Assembly: GCA_049322915.1 (NCBI GenBank)
Contig: JBMOPW010000019.1
Coordinates: 1-64,000 of the forward strand
Length of the DNA stretch: 64,000 bases
Direction: 5' to 3'
Origin: Candidatus Zhuqueibacterota bacterium
Lineage (GTDB): Bacteria > Zhuqueibacterota > Zhuqueibacteria > Thermofontimicrobiales > Thermofontimicrobiaceae
Below the pieces are notes generated by a model. That model did no database searches. It was given only the letters and a program-made list of their open reading frames with translations, and was not told the origin of the DNA. Position numbers and translations under genes: made by a program. The first letter of the stretch is position 1, and the number at the start of each line of letters is the position of its first letter. Positions 40,264 to 50,023 of this stretch are shown piece after piece.

Positions 40264-40462
40264 TACCGGACTTTTGTCTGCGATTCGATAGCGCCGGAAT
40301 GTTGTTCGCGGCAACTTTTATCCGATGGGCATCGTAGACAATGTTCGCTGATTCACACGACAGTAAATGATTGACCAACGCGGCAGTTCTTTGACAATGA
40401 TAAGACCTTCCGGAACCCTGAACCGAGCCTTTTGAATTTCAGCCTGGAACGAGAAATTTTAC

Positions 40463-40490
40463 TTGACATCCATCAAAAAAATTCTTTAAT
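40463..40490 (+). promoter_or_regulatory. Sigma70-type promoter candidate
   Basis: TTGACA (40463-40468), 16 nt, TTTAAT (40485-40490). Confidence 0.5.
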
Positions 40491-40614
40491 TAGTCCACCT
40501 GAATTTATCCCCTGTCTGAAGACAATCGAGCTCCGTCTTATAGGCCATGACTGTCAAGCCGACGGGATTAAACACTGAAAATTGTTCACGCAGAATTAAT
40601 CAGGGAAAAAGTCC

Positions 40615-41685
40615 ATGGATGTTTTGATTATCGGCGGCACCCGGTTTCTGGGACTCCATTTAACAGAAGCGTTATTGAAGGGCAACCAGAATGTGACCCT
40701 AATGAATCGCGGTTCGAGGAGGAATCAAATTCCCTTTTATGAAGATGTGGAATGGCTTATCTGCGACCGGCATCATGAAGACAAATTGAGATCGCTCCTG
40801 ACGAACCGAAAGTTTGATGTGGTCATCGATAATTGCGCCTATTTCCCGGAGGACGTGGAATTGACAGTGAACCTGCTTCGCGGCAAAATTGGTAAATACA
40901 TTTTCACCAGCAGCATGGCTGTGGCCATTACCAAAGAGCCGGATGAACGATTGGTCCTGCCAATTCCCAATCGTCGGTTGTTCGACACATCTTCGTACAA
41001 TACCTACGCGTTCAACAAATCCGCTATCGAAGAATTTCTCGTCGACCAATTCGAGAAATTCGGTTTCCCGTTCATTTGCCTGCGGCCGGCTGAAATCAAC
41101 GGGCCGGGCGAAATTCGCGAGTGGTATTACATCGACCGCGTTAAAAACGGGCGTCAGAAGTTGCTCATTCCGGGCACCGGCGAGAATCTGATTCAACCCG
41201 GGTACATTGACGATATTGTGCAGGCCTACCTTTTAGCCATCGTGAAAGAGAATGCCATCGGAGAATGCTACAATTTGAGCGGTGAGGAGATTATCAACCT
41301 CAACGATTTCATTAAAACAGTGGCCGAAGTGCTGGCAGAGCGCGTCAAGATCGTCAATATTCCTTATCCGCTCTTCCGTCAACTGGTGCCGACGAAATAC
41401 TTTTTCCCGTTTTGCAACAAGCATTCCTTCATCGTGGACATTTCGAAAATTAAAAATGAGCTGGGCTATCAGCCGGAAGTCACCATCAAGGAAGGTCTCA
41501 GGAAGAGTATCGAAAACTGGGAGAGTCTTTACAATAAAAAGGTGACTCCTTTCAATCCGACTGGCGAATTCGAATTTATCAGCTACGATCTGGAAGATGT
41601 TTTCATCTCGGTGTGGGAACAAGAAATGGCTGCCACCAATGAGCGCGTTCGCCATGAGTTGTTGGAGCGGGGAATGCTCATTTAA
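40615..41685 (+). CDS. NAD-dependent epimerase/dehydratase family (atypical SDR)
   Basis: VLIIGGTRFLG, NRG, FDVVID, YIFTSS, YAFNK, LRP...GP. Confidence 0.92.
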   Translation: MDVLIIGGTRFLGLHLTEALLKGNQNVTLMNRGSRRNQIPFYEDVEWLICDRHHEDKLRSLLTNRKFDVVIDNCAYFPEDVELTVNLLRGKIGKYIFTSSMAVAITKEPDERLVLPIPNRRLFDTSSYNTYAFNKSAIEEFLVDQFEKFGFPFICLRPAEINGPGEIREWYYIDRVKNGRQKLLIPGTGENLIQPGYIDDIVQAYLLAIVKENAIGECYNLSGEEIINLNDFIKTVAEVLAERVKIVNIPYPLFRQLVPTKYFFPFCNKHSFIVDISKIKNELGYQPEVTIKEGLRKSIENWESLYNKKVTPFNPTGEFEFISYDLEDVFISVWEQEMAATNERVRHELLERGMLI

Positions 41686-41855
41686 TTGTCCGGCTATCAG
41701 CCTAATGTTGATTGAACTCTTCCTCTGATTCGTTTCACTGAAAGCAACTCCCACCTGCTGCGCGTTGGCAACACTTTCACCCGCAACGACAGGACAGTCC
41801 GCCGACTTGCCCTGTTACGTTTCACATGAACATTCATAAATTCAGAGGAATTACC

Positions 41856-42722
41856 ATGAAATCAATGATGCCCAAACATGCAACCATTTTTCTAATTGCC
41901 CTTTTCAGCCTGGTTCTATTCAGCTTCAATCTCTTTGGCTCCAATTTCAAAAAGATTGAGAAAACGTTCGCCATTCGGGGAAACGCGCCCCTGTCGATTT
42001 ATATCGACGCCGACGCCGGTGAGATTTCCGTCTGTAAAAACGACTCGTCCGACGAGATCGCCATTCGCGCGGACGTGAATGACGAGGTGGATGAATTGGA
42101 AATGGGAATGGATGAACGCCAGAACGAATTTTCGATTTCTCTGGAAAGGAAGAAGTGGCTGAAATCCATGGATAACGAGGGCTCGTCCGAACTGGAAATC
42201 AGACTCCCGGTCAGTGTGATCCTTCAATTGACCGGCGCCATCAAAGCCGGCCGAATCGAGTTCGATTTGGGCGGACTCAAACTCAAGAATCTTGAACTTC
42301 GCAATATGGCCGGGGAGGCCATTGTCGACTTTCCTGAGCCCAATCCAATCGAAATGGAATCGCTGGATATCAATGTCAGCGTTGGAGAAACAACCCTGAG
42401 ACGATTGGGCAACGCCCGCTTCCACGATGCCAATATCAACGGCGGCATTGGCGATTTACACATCGATCTCACCGGGGAAATTCTGACAAAATCCGAAGCG
42501 GACATCGATCTGGATATCGGCGCCACGACTGTGTATCTGCCAACCGATAGCGGCATTCGGCTGAAAAGCTCGACATGGGGATTTCTCACGGAAACAAATC
42601 TTGACACCGAATTTCATAAAAAGGGAAGATATTATTTCAGCAAAAATTACGATACTGCCGGGCGCATCATGTATATTTCCATCAGTTCCGGCGTGGGCGA
42701 GCTCAAAGTAAAGTTTCGCTAA
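41856..42722 (+). CDS. Secreted toast-rack / LiaF(DUF2154)-like beta-solenoid protein
   Basis: Signal peptide; repeats GRIEFDLGG, GEAIVDF, GDLHIDL, GATTVYLP, GVGELKV. Confidence 0.7.
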   Translation: MKSMMPKHATIFLIALFSLVLFSFNLFGSNFKKIEKTFAIRGNAPLSIYIDADAGEISVCKNDSSDEIAIRADVNDEVDELEMGMDERQNEFSISLERKKWLKSMDNEGSSELEIRLPVSVILQLTGAIKAGRIEFDLGGLKLKNLELRNMAGEAIVDFPEPNPIEMESLDINVSVGETTLRRLGNARFHDANINGGIGDLHIDLTGEILTKSEADIDLDIGATTVYLPTDSGIRLKSSTWGFLTETNLDTEFHKKGRYYFSKNYDTAGRIMYISISSGVGELKVKFR

Positions 42723-42741
42723 ATCAATCAGGGAGTAACCT

Positions 42742-43734
42742 ATGGCCAACAGAGTACGCTCCGTTTTCATCTGCGGGATCGTGTTCCCGCTTATCTTCAA
42801 CTTTAGTTATGGGAGTGATATGAAACAGACGATAGAAAAAACATATCCGATGGAGTCAGGCGGACAAATTTCCATCAAAGGCGATGAGGGCTTTATCAAA
42901 ATTAAATCCTGGGATAAAAACGAAGTCCACCTCACAATGACCAAACAGTCCTATGGCCGAAACCAGAAAGATGCCGAGCGGCAATTGAATGATTTGAAAA
43001 TCGAAATTGAATCGCAGAGCGACCGACTGACAATCAAGGTCATTTCTCCGACAGAAAAGCGCAATTTCAATCTCTGGAATTTGCTCGATCCGGATACCTG
43101 GGGCAAAAGCTTTCGCACCGCCAGCGTTGATTTTGAATTGACTGTCCCCGAGAAAATCAATCTGGCTCTTATCAATGACGAAGGCAACGTGACGGTGGAG
43201 TCCGTGTCCGGCGATCTGGAAATTGATGTTGATGAGGGGGATATTCATCTGAAAAATATAGTGTTTGAAACGGCGAGTCTTTTCTCGGACGAAGGGGATA
43301 TTCATGCTTCCAAAATCACCAATCCGGAAGGAAGGCTCACTGTGAGCGTCGATGAAGGCGATGTGACGCTGGAAAAAGTCGTTGCCCAGCGCGTGAAAAT
43401 TGAATGCGACGAAGGCAATATCGATATCAATGGGCTGGAATGCCGGACGTGCGACATTACCACCGACGAAGGCGATGTGGATGTGACCCCGATTCTCGGC
43501 GCTTCCGATCACTATTACATCACAACCGGTGAGGGCAATATTTCATTTTATCTGGATCAGTCTCCCAATGTATCGCTTGATCTGGAGACCCAGGATGGTT
43601 TCATTCAGGATGATTTCCAGCTATCCATTTCGCGCGGTGAAGATGGTCAGCAGTGCCGCCAAAAGATCGGTACCGGGAGTTCGCCCATCGAAATGTACGC
43701 CGGAGAGGGCAATATCCACATTCGAAAAAAGTAA
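42742..43734 (+). CDS. DUF4097-family beta-strand repeat protein
   Basis: Signal peptide; GFIKIKSWDKNEV, VDFELTVP; many DEG(D/N)(I/V) repeats; GEGNIHIRK. Confidence 0.85.
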   Translation: MANRVRSVFICGIVFPLIFNFSYGSDMKQTIEKTYPMESGGQISIKGDEGFIKIKSWDKNEVHLTMTKQSYGRNQKDAERQLNDLKIEIESQSDRLTIKVISPTEKRNFNLWNLLDPDTWGKSFRTASVDFELTVPEKINLALINDEGNVTVESVSGDLEIDVDEGDIHLKNIVFETASLFSDEGDIHASKITNPEGRLTVSVDEGDVTLEKVVAQRVKIECDEGNIDINGLECRTCDITTDEGDVDVTPILGASDHYYITTGEGNISFYLDQSPNVSLDLETQDGFIQDDFQLSISRGEDGQQCRQKIGTGSSPIEMYAGEGNIHIRKK

Positions 43735-43843
43735 CGCCCGGCAAGCTAAATAACCGTTTTCATCGGGCCGCCCTCCGCTTTTTTGAGCGGAATCCCGGCC
43801 CTGTGAGAAACGACGTTCCGTCAATTTTAAAATTCAAAACGAT

Positions 43844-45556
43844 ATGCATTCGAATTTAAGCAAACACTTTTTGGGGATCGTGCTGGGTATCCTCGTTTCA
43901 TGGCCGCTCTTTGCCGGAGAATCGGTTGTCGAGATCAGGGATATCGAACCAAACCAGTTCGTGAGTCGCAGCTTCGCCGTCACCCTGCCATCGGATTTCA
44001 CCCTGCACGCTGTCGTTGGATATTATAAAAATCCCAAAAATATCCTGTCGAATTGCTGGTTGCTCTGCTCAGAAACCAGGGAAGTCGTCTGGAAATTCTC
44101 ACCGAGTTCCGCCGATGTCAATCGTTCGCGCGATTATCTTGAGCTGGAAGAGACTGTTCATCTGGACATTGGGGAGTACGAGCTTTATTACGCCATCGAT
44201 CCGGCTGCGTCGCGATTCAAAGATAAAATTTTCGGGCTATTGTCCGGGAACAGAGAGCGCCGAAATCCGGATTCAAAAAAATGGGGCGTCACATTGTCAG
44301 CGCGCCAGCAGCAGGGAACGGAAGCAGTGCTCCGGCTTCATGATGCGCCCCGACGCGAACTCCAGGCCATTGTCCACATCAGCCAGGCAGGCGATGACAG
44401 CAATCTGAATGAAGGCTTCATTTTGACAGCGCCCCTGAAAGTCCGGATTTATGCCATTGGCGAAGGCACGCATCAGGGTCGGGAGATGTATGATTTTGGC
44501 TGGATTTTAAACTCGGATAGCGGAGAGCGCGTCTGGGAAATGGCCTATCGGAAAAGTCAGCACGCCGGAGGCGCATTGAAAAATCGCCTGTTCGACGATT
44601 ACATCACCCTGCCGGCCGGGACGTATACGGTGCATTACGTCACTGATGACAGCCACTCGTTCGAGTCGTGGAATGAAATGCCACCGTTCGATCCCATGCA
44701 CTGGGGCATAACCGTTTGGGCTGCCGATAGTCTGCACACAGCCACCACAATCAAGCCATTTGTCGAAAAAACAAACGAGCTGGTTATCGTGAAACTGGAT
44801 CATGCCAGGGACAATCAGTTCATGAGCGCCGGGTTCCAGCTAACGGCGGAGTCCACGCTGCGCATTACCGCGTTGGGCGAATATTCCGGCGCCCGCGATG
44901 CGATGGTCGACTATGGCTGGATTGTCGACGCGCGCACCCGGAAGACAGTCTGGCGCATGACCTACTCCGAGACCGATTACGCCGGCGGCGGACGAAAGAA
45001 TCGGATGTTCGATGGATTTGTCACCCTGCCGGCCGGCGCCTACATCGCCTTCTATCGCACCGATGATTCGCACGCATACCGCTCGTGGAACGAGCATGAA
45101 CCCTGGCAGCCGGAAGCGTGGGGCATGGCCATCCGTTGCGCTAAAAAGGGCTGTCGCCCGGACTCTATCAAACAATATCTCGAACAGGACGATCCAGCCG
45201 TGCTTGCCCGCATCGTTCGAGTCAGGAATAACGCTGAAAAAACTCAAACATTCCACCTTGACAGCGCGTCGCAGGTAAAAATATTCTCCGTTGGCGAGGG
45301 CAGAGATGGAAAGATGTTCGATTTCGGATGGATTGAATCGGAGCATGGCGATGAAGTCTGGCGCATGAAATTCGACGACACGCGCCATGCCGGCGGCGGC
45401 CAGAAAAACAGGCTGATCAACGAAGATATTACATTGCAGCCGGGGACCTATCGCGTATTTTTTGAGACGGATGATTCGCACTCCTACGGGGACTGGAATA
45501 CGGAGCCGCCCCTGGAATTCGAGGATTACTGGGGGATCACTATCATCAAACAGTAG
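43844..45556 (+). CDS. Secreted protein with four ~120-140 aa beta-sandwich-like repeats
   Basis: Signal peptide; three strong repeats and one degenerate repeat of GE..M.D(F/Y)GWI..VW.M..AGG..KNR..TDDSH..WN..WG. Confidence 0.85.
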   Translation: MHSNLSKHFLGIVLGILVSWPLFAGESVVEIRDIEPNQFVSRSFAVTLPSDFTLHAVVGYYKNPKNILSNCWLLCSETREVVWKFSPSSADVNRSRDYLELEETVHLDIGEYELYYAIDPAASRFKDKIFGLLSGNRERRNPDSKKWGVTLSARQQQGTEAVLRLHDAPRRELQAIVHISQAGDDSNLNEGFILTAPLKVRIYAIGEGTHQGREMYDFGWILNSDSGERVWEMAYRKSQHAGGALKNRLFDDYITLPAGTYTVHYVTDDSHSFESWNEMPPFDPMHWGITVWAADSLHTATTIKPFVEKTNELVIVKLDHARDNQFMSAGFQLTAESTLRITALGEYSGARDAMVDYGWIVDARTRKTVWRMTYSETDYAGGGRKNRMFDGFVTLPAGAYIAFYRTDDSHAYRSWNEHEPWQPEAWGMAIRCAKKGCRPDSIKQYLEQDDPAVLARIVRVRNNAEKTQTFHLDSASQVKIFSVGEGRDGKMFDFGWIESEHGDEVWRMKFDDTRHAGGGQKNRLINEDITLQPGTYRVFFETDDSHSYGDWNTEPPLEFEDYWGITIIKQ

Positions 45557-45573
45557 CCGCTACTCACGCCGGA

Positions 45574-46704
45574 TCAGTGTGGGATTAATCGCATTCGCAG
45601 GAAGCGCGGCCAGTAGATGCGGGCATCGCTGGCCAATTGCCAGAAGTCCCAGGAATTGCAGACATAGGTGAGAATCAATTCATCGCCGGTCACGGACAGT
45701 TCCGGATGAGCTTTTGCCGCATAACAAAAATAAGAGCGATGCCAATCCCCTTCGGGACAAACGTAAACCTGACGCGGCTCGCTCCACGGACCGACCGGCG
45801 TGTCGGCCAGCCGGATGTGAATTTTGTCCGAAAGACCATACTGACTGTAAACCACAACAAATTTATTGATCGCAGCGACGAAGCTCACGGAATATTCCGA
45901 TGCCAGTTCATCGAACAGCGGTTCGATGCGCTGAAAATCCTTCATCCAGCCCTGCTGCGAGTAAAACTCCCATGAATCGAAATGGGAGATTTTTTTTGCC
46001 GGCGCCCGGGCCACAATCATTCTGCGACCGCTTCTCCCTTTTGTCCAATCTTCATGACAGCCATAAATATAAACGTCGTTTCCCACGCGCAGCAATGCGG
46101 AACCCAAAAAGGTATTGCCGTTTTCCGAGAACGACCCGAATGGAATTTTGCGCTGGGCGATCCGCCACTCCTGCGGAGGATCCGCCGGATTCCCGACCAC
46201 TGCCAGCCAAGAGCCTACATGGTTGAAGCCAAAAGCTCCGCTGCCTTTGCGATGGGTTATCTGGAGCGGAAAAAAATAAAGCGAATCATCGAGCATCAGA
46301 CCATCGAACAGCCAGAAGTATCCCAGCCCGTCCGTCGGTGTGATAAAGGCAGCCGGACGGCCTTCCGCGTCAGCTCCCCAGTGGTAGTCGATTGTCGCCG
46401 TCCCAGGATTTTTACCATGCTGAATGGCAATCGAATTATTGACAATCGTCGCATTCACATGTTTGCCGTCGGCGATCCCGCCGATCCAGGTGTCGCTGTA
46501 CAGCCAGAGCGTGAGACTATCGTTCAGCGCCACAGAAAATGAACCATCGGCCCCGGTCCAGCCGGACTCGTTGTAAATGAGGTCATTATATTCAGGGAGG
46601 GTTTCCACCCGAATCTCCGGAAATTCCTGGGAGTGCAGCGCCCCTGACTGCATAACTATCAAGACCAACAGGCCAATCATCGATATCTGTTTCATAATAA
46701 CCAA
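45574..46704 (-). CDS. Secreted DUF4185/DUF5005-like beta-propeller protein (possible glycosidase)
   Basis: GWTGADG, LWLYSDT, VYIYG, TPVGPWS, YAAKAHPEL. Confidence 0.75.
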   Translation of the reverse strand: MVIMKQISMIGLLVLIVMQSGALHSQEFPEIRVETLPEYNDLIYNESGWTGADGSFSVALNDSLTLWLYSDTWIGGIADGKHVNATIVNNSIAIQHGKNPGTATIDYHWGADAEGRPAAFITPTDGLGYFWLFDGLMLDDSLYFFPLQITHRKGSGAFGFNHVGSWLAVVGNPADPPQEWRIAQRKIPFGSFSENGNTFLGSALLRVGNDVYIYGCHEDWTKGRSGRRMIVARAPAKKISHFDSWEFYSQQGWMKDFQRIEPLFDELASEYSVSFVAAINKFVVVYSQYGLSDKIHIRLADTPVGPWSEPRQVYVCPEGDWHRSYFCYAAKAHPELSVTGDELILTYVCNSWDFWQLASDARIYWPRFLRMRLIPH

Positions 46705-46766
46705 TGCTTTAATTTTGTAAAAGTGAACTATTCAAAATCATAGCGCATCTGGCTTAAAATTCCGGC

Positions 46767-47888
46767 TCATAAAAACGATTCGATCTCACTGGCCATTCGA
46801 TCCCAGGAGAACTGCTTTTTGAATGCTGCGATGTGGGCGTGAAATGGAACAGATTTTCTCTTCCTGTAAAACGTCACAATCGCCTGGGCCAGCGCGTCCG
46901 GATTTTCCGCAGGGACGATGAATCCGGTTTCGCCTTCTTTAACAACCTCAGGCAAACCGCCCACATTGGTGGTGATGACCGGCTTGTTGTAATTATAGGC
47001 AATCTGGATGATGCCGCTTTGGGTGGCCGAAATGTACGGCAGCACCACGACGTCGGCAGCGCTGTAATACAGCCCCACATCTTCGTTGGGAATATACTCA
47101 TCAAACACGAAGACGACCGGTTCCAGATTCAGCTTTTTGATGAGATCTAAATAGCGGCTGCTGTCATCGTAAAATTCCCCGGCAATGATTAATTTGACAG
47201 GCATCTGCTTCAGCACGGAAGGCAAAGCCCGGAGCAAAATGTGAAGGCCCTTGTACTCCCGTACAAAACCGAAGAAAAGCAGCAGGTTGTCCTCTTTCCC
47301 GAACTTCAACTTCCCGCGCGCCTGCTCCTGCGTAAAAGGATTGCTGAAAATTTCATATACTGGATGCGGCACTTCTTTGAAATTCGCGCCGGGTTTGAAT
47401 TTGAGCAAATCCGCTTTGACGGCCGCCGATTGCACAATGAAGTAGTGAATATTCCACAGCCCCAGGTGGGTGAGCAGCCTGTCTTCGAGGCGCTGTTCGT
47501 GGGGAATAATATTATCGCAGATATACACCAGCTTCGTACGGGTGAATAGCCGGGTGAGAAACGAGACCGCTGCATAGCACGGGGCAAAGAACGGCATCCA
47601 GTATTTGAAAATGACCAGATCCGGTCTGAAGCGATAGATGGACAGAAACGTGCGAATCCAGCTCAACGGCCCGATGGAGTCCAGCATGGGTTCGGAAGGC
47701 AGCGACACCACCTCTTTGCTGGTGTCCTGCTGGGTTTTGCCGGGGAAAAACAGGGATGGATATTGCCGTTTGAACGAGATGATTTTTACGTCATGACCGC
47801 GCTCGATGAATTTCTGGTAAAGCAACGCCACATAGTGCGCGATACCACCGCGCATGGGGTAAGACGTACCAATGATTACAATTTTCAT
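46767..47888 (-). CDS. Glycosyltransferase family 4
   Basis: GGIAHY, FFGFVREYKG, LPY.SATQSG, TNVGGLPEVV..GETG. Confidence 0.93.
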   Translation of the reverse strand: MKIVIIGTSYPMRGGIAHYVALLYQKFIERGHDVKIISFKRQYPSLFFPGKTQQDTSKEVVSLPSEPMLDSIGPLSWIRTFLSIYRFRPDLVIFKYWMPFFAPCYAAVSFLTRLFTRTKLVYICDNIIPHEQRLEDRLLTHLGLWNIHYFIVQSAAVKADLLKFKPGANFKEVPHPVYEIFSNPFTQEQARGKLKFGKEDNLLLFFGFVREYKGLHILLRALPSVLKQMPVKLIIAGEFYDDSSRYLDLIKKLNLEPVVFVFDEYIPNEDVGLYYSAADVVVLPYISATQSGIIQIAYNYNKPVITTNVGGLPEVVKEGETGFIVPAENPDALAQAIVTFYRKRKSVPFHAHIAAFKKQFSWDRMASEIESFL

Positions 47889-47889
47889 G

Positions 47890-48957
47890 TCATTTCTTCA
47901 GCAAGTTTTGGCACGATTGAAGGACAGCGTCCACATAAATGTGTTCCATACAATTGTTGGGGCACTCATTAGCAAAGAAACAGTCGCACTCCACAGCCGG
48001 CTCCAGAATCTCTCCCAGTCCGTACAGTTCAAATTCATGTCGATTGAAAATGTTGTTGAACAGGACGAGTTTTTTCTCCAGCCCGATGGCAATGTGCATC
48101 GCCATTGTCACCGCAGTCACCATCAAATCGCATTGATCCACCAGATTGATAAATTGTCGGAATGGAAAGATGCCCGGATAGGTGCTGCCGCTGGCTTCGG
48201 CGATATGTTTATTTTTTTCATGCTCATCCGGCCCGCCCAGAATCACCACGCCAAAGCCTCGTTTCTTCAATTCAACGGCCAGATTGATCCAGTTCTCCGT
48301 GGGCCATAACCGCGACGTCCAGCGTTTTCCGCAGCCGGTATTCAAGCCCACGCGGGGAAACGGTTCATCGATGCGCCACGCATAGTTATCGTCGGCGAAA
48401 TTGCTGAGGATGTATTTTTCGCCCTGAAATACGTAGCCGCACATTTCAAAAATTTCCTCGGGATAGCTTTTTGTGTTAGCTTTGTTGACGGTGTCAAAAA
48501 TCCCGGTGAGATATTTCGCTTCGCTGGCCGCATTGATGGGACGACAGCGATTGAACTGGCTCAGACCATAGCCCCTTTTCTCCGCGGCAGAAATTTGTTC
48601 GGCCAGGGCGCAGGCCTCCAAATCCTTGTCCAGATTGATGAGCAGATCGAACTGCATCGATTGCAGCGCCAACGCCCGTTTGAAATCGAATTTCCAGATT
48701 CGATCCACCCACTGAGACGGCACCAAATCCGGAGAGTCGGTGAGCCAGGTGATTTCAGCCTGCGGGAATTCCTGTCTGAGCTTCCGCAGAATAGGCGTCG
48801 TTCGAATGACATCGCCGGCAGCGCCCAATTTGATGATTAAAATTCGTCCTTCAATGGGCGAATAGTAGGGGCAGGTTGAACATTCCACGCCCTGTTTTTT
48901 GTGGTAATGACAGGGGATGTCTCCTCTGAAAAAGCGGCAATCGTGGTTTACTTTCAT
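47890..48957 (-). CDS. Glycosyltransferase family 9 (heptosyltransferase-like) with Cys-rich ends
   Basis: ILIIKLGAAGDVIRTTP, R.WP..NW, GGPDE, MHIA; start likely 48957. Confidence 0.88.
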   Translation of the reverse strand: MKVNHDCRFFRGDIPCHYHKKQGVECSTCPYYSPIEGRILIIKLGAAGDVIRTTPILRKLRQEFPQAEITWLTDSPDLVPSQWVDRIWKFDFKRALALQSMQFDLLINLDKDLEACALAEQISAAEKRGYGLSQFNRCRPINAASEAKYLTGIFDTVNKANTKSYPEEIFEMCGYVFQGEKYILSNFADDNYAWRIDEPFPRVGLNTGCGKRWTSRLWPTENWINLAVELKKRGFGVVILGGPDEHEKNKHIAEASGSTYPGIFPFRQFINLVDQCDLMVTAVTMAMHIAIGLEKKLVLFNNIFNRHEFELYGLGEILEPAVECDCFFANECPNNCMEHIYVDAVLQSCQNLLKK

Positions 48958-49031
48958 GAAATTTCCTTTTGGGACAGTGGCTGAAAACACCATTTTCATC
49001 TGGCTTCGGGTGAATCGTCATCCGGTGTCGC

Positions 49032-50009
49032 TCACTCCAATGAATTTTTCAGGGAGTAATCGAAATTCCGTTTCTGCGTCTCGGAAATCATTTCGCCCAG
49101 CAGCCCAATGGAAATGAATTGAATCCCGATGATGACCAGCAACACCCCCAGGAACAGCAGCGGCCGATTGCTGAGGTACTGATGAGCAAAAATCCTCTGG
49201 ATGGCCAGAATGAGGTTGATGGCCAAACCGATCACCAGGAAAATTAATCCGAGGCTGCCGAAGAGATGCAGCGGCCGGCGTTTGAATTTATTCAGAAAAA
49301 TCACAGTGACCAGATCGAAAAGCCCGGCCATGAAACGCCACGGCCCGAATTTGGTGACGCCAAATTTTCGGGCGTGATGTTTGACGACGCGTTCACCGAC
49401 TTTGTAGCCGCTCCAATAGGCCAGCACCGGGATGAACCGATGCAACTGGCCGTAGATCTGAATTTCTTTCACCACTTCGCACCGATACGCCTTCAGCCCG
49501 CAATTGAAATCGTGTATTTTCAACCCGGACATTTTGCCTGTGACCCAATTGAAAAATCTGGAGGTCGTCCGCTTGATAAACGGATCATAGCGCTTTTTCT
49601 TCCAGCCGGAAACCATGTCATAGCCCTGGTTCAGCGTTTCGATCAAATTGGGGATTTCCTCCGGGTCATCCTGCAAATCTGCATCCATGGTGATGATGAT
49701 TTTGCCCTGCACCTTTTTAAATCCGTAGGTCATGGCTGCTGATTTTCCGTAATTCTTTCGGAATTGGTAGACGCGGATTCGGGAATCATGCTGATGGATT
49801 TTTTCCAGCACCGAATAGGAGTCATCCGTCGATCCATCATCGATGAAAACGAGCTCGTAGCTCATCTTCATTTGAGAGAGCACTTCGGTCAGTTTGTTGT
49901 ACAATTCGGGCAGGGATTCTTCTTCGTTAAAAAGGGGGATGAGCACCGAAATTTCAGGGCATTCGTTTTTATCGTTCTTTTTTGCTCGTTCTGCGTGTGC
50001 CACAACCAC
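49032..50009 (-). CDS. Glycosyltransferase family 2 (ArnC/GtrB-like polyprenyl-phosphate GT)
   Basis: IPLFNEE, DDGSTD, NYGKSAA, MDADLQDDP, DFNCGLK; two C-terminal TMs. Confidence 0.93.
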   Translation of the reverse strand: MVVAHAERAKKNDKNECPEISVLIPLFNEEESLPELYNKLTEVLSQMKMSYELVFIDDGSTDDSYSVLEKIHQHDSRIRVYQFRKNYGKSAAMTYGFKKVQGKIIITMDADLQDDPEEIPNLIETLNQGYDMVSGWKKKRYDPFIKRTTSRFFNWVTGKMSGLKIHDFNCGLKAYRCEVVKEIQIYGQLHRFIPVLAYWSGYKVGERVVKHHARKFGVTKFGPWRFMAGLFDLVTVIFLNKFKRRPLHLFGSLGLIFLVIGLAINLILAIQRIFAHQYLSNRPLLFLGVLLVIIGIQFISIGLLGEMISETQKRNFDYSLKNSLE

Positions 50010-50023
50010 TCCGAGTTTTGACG

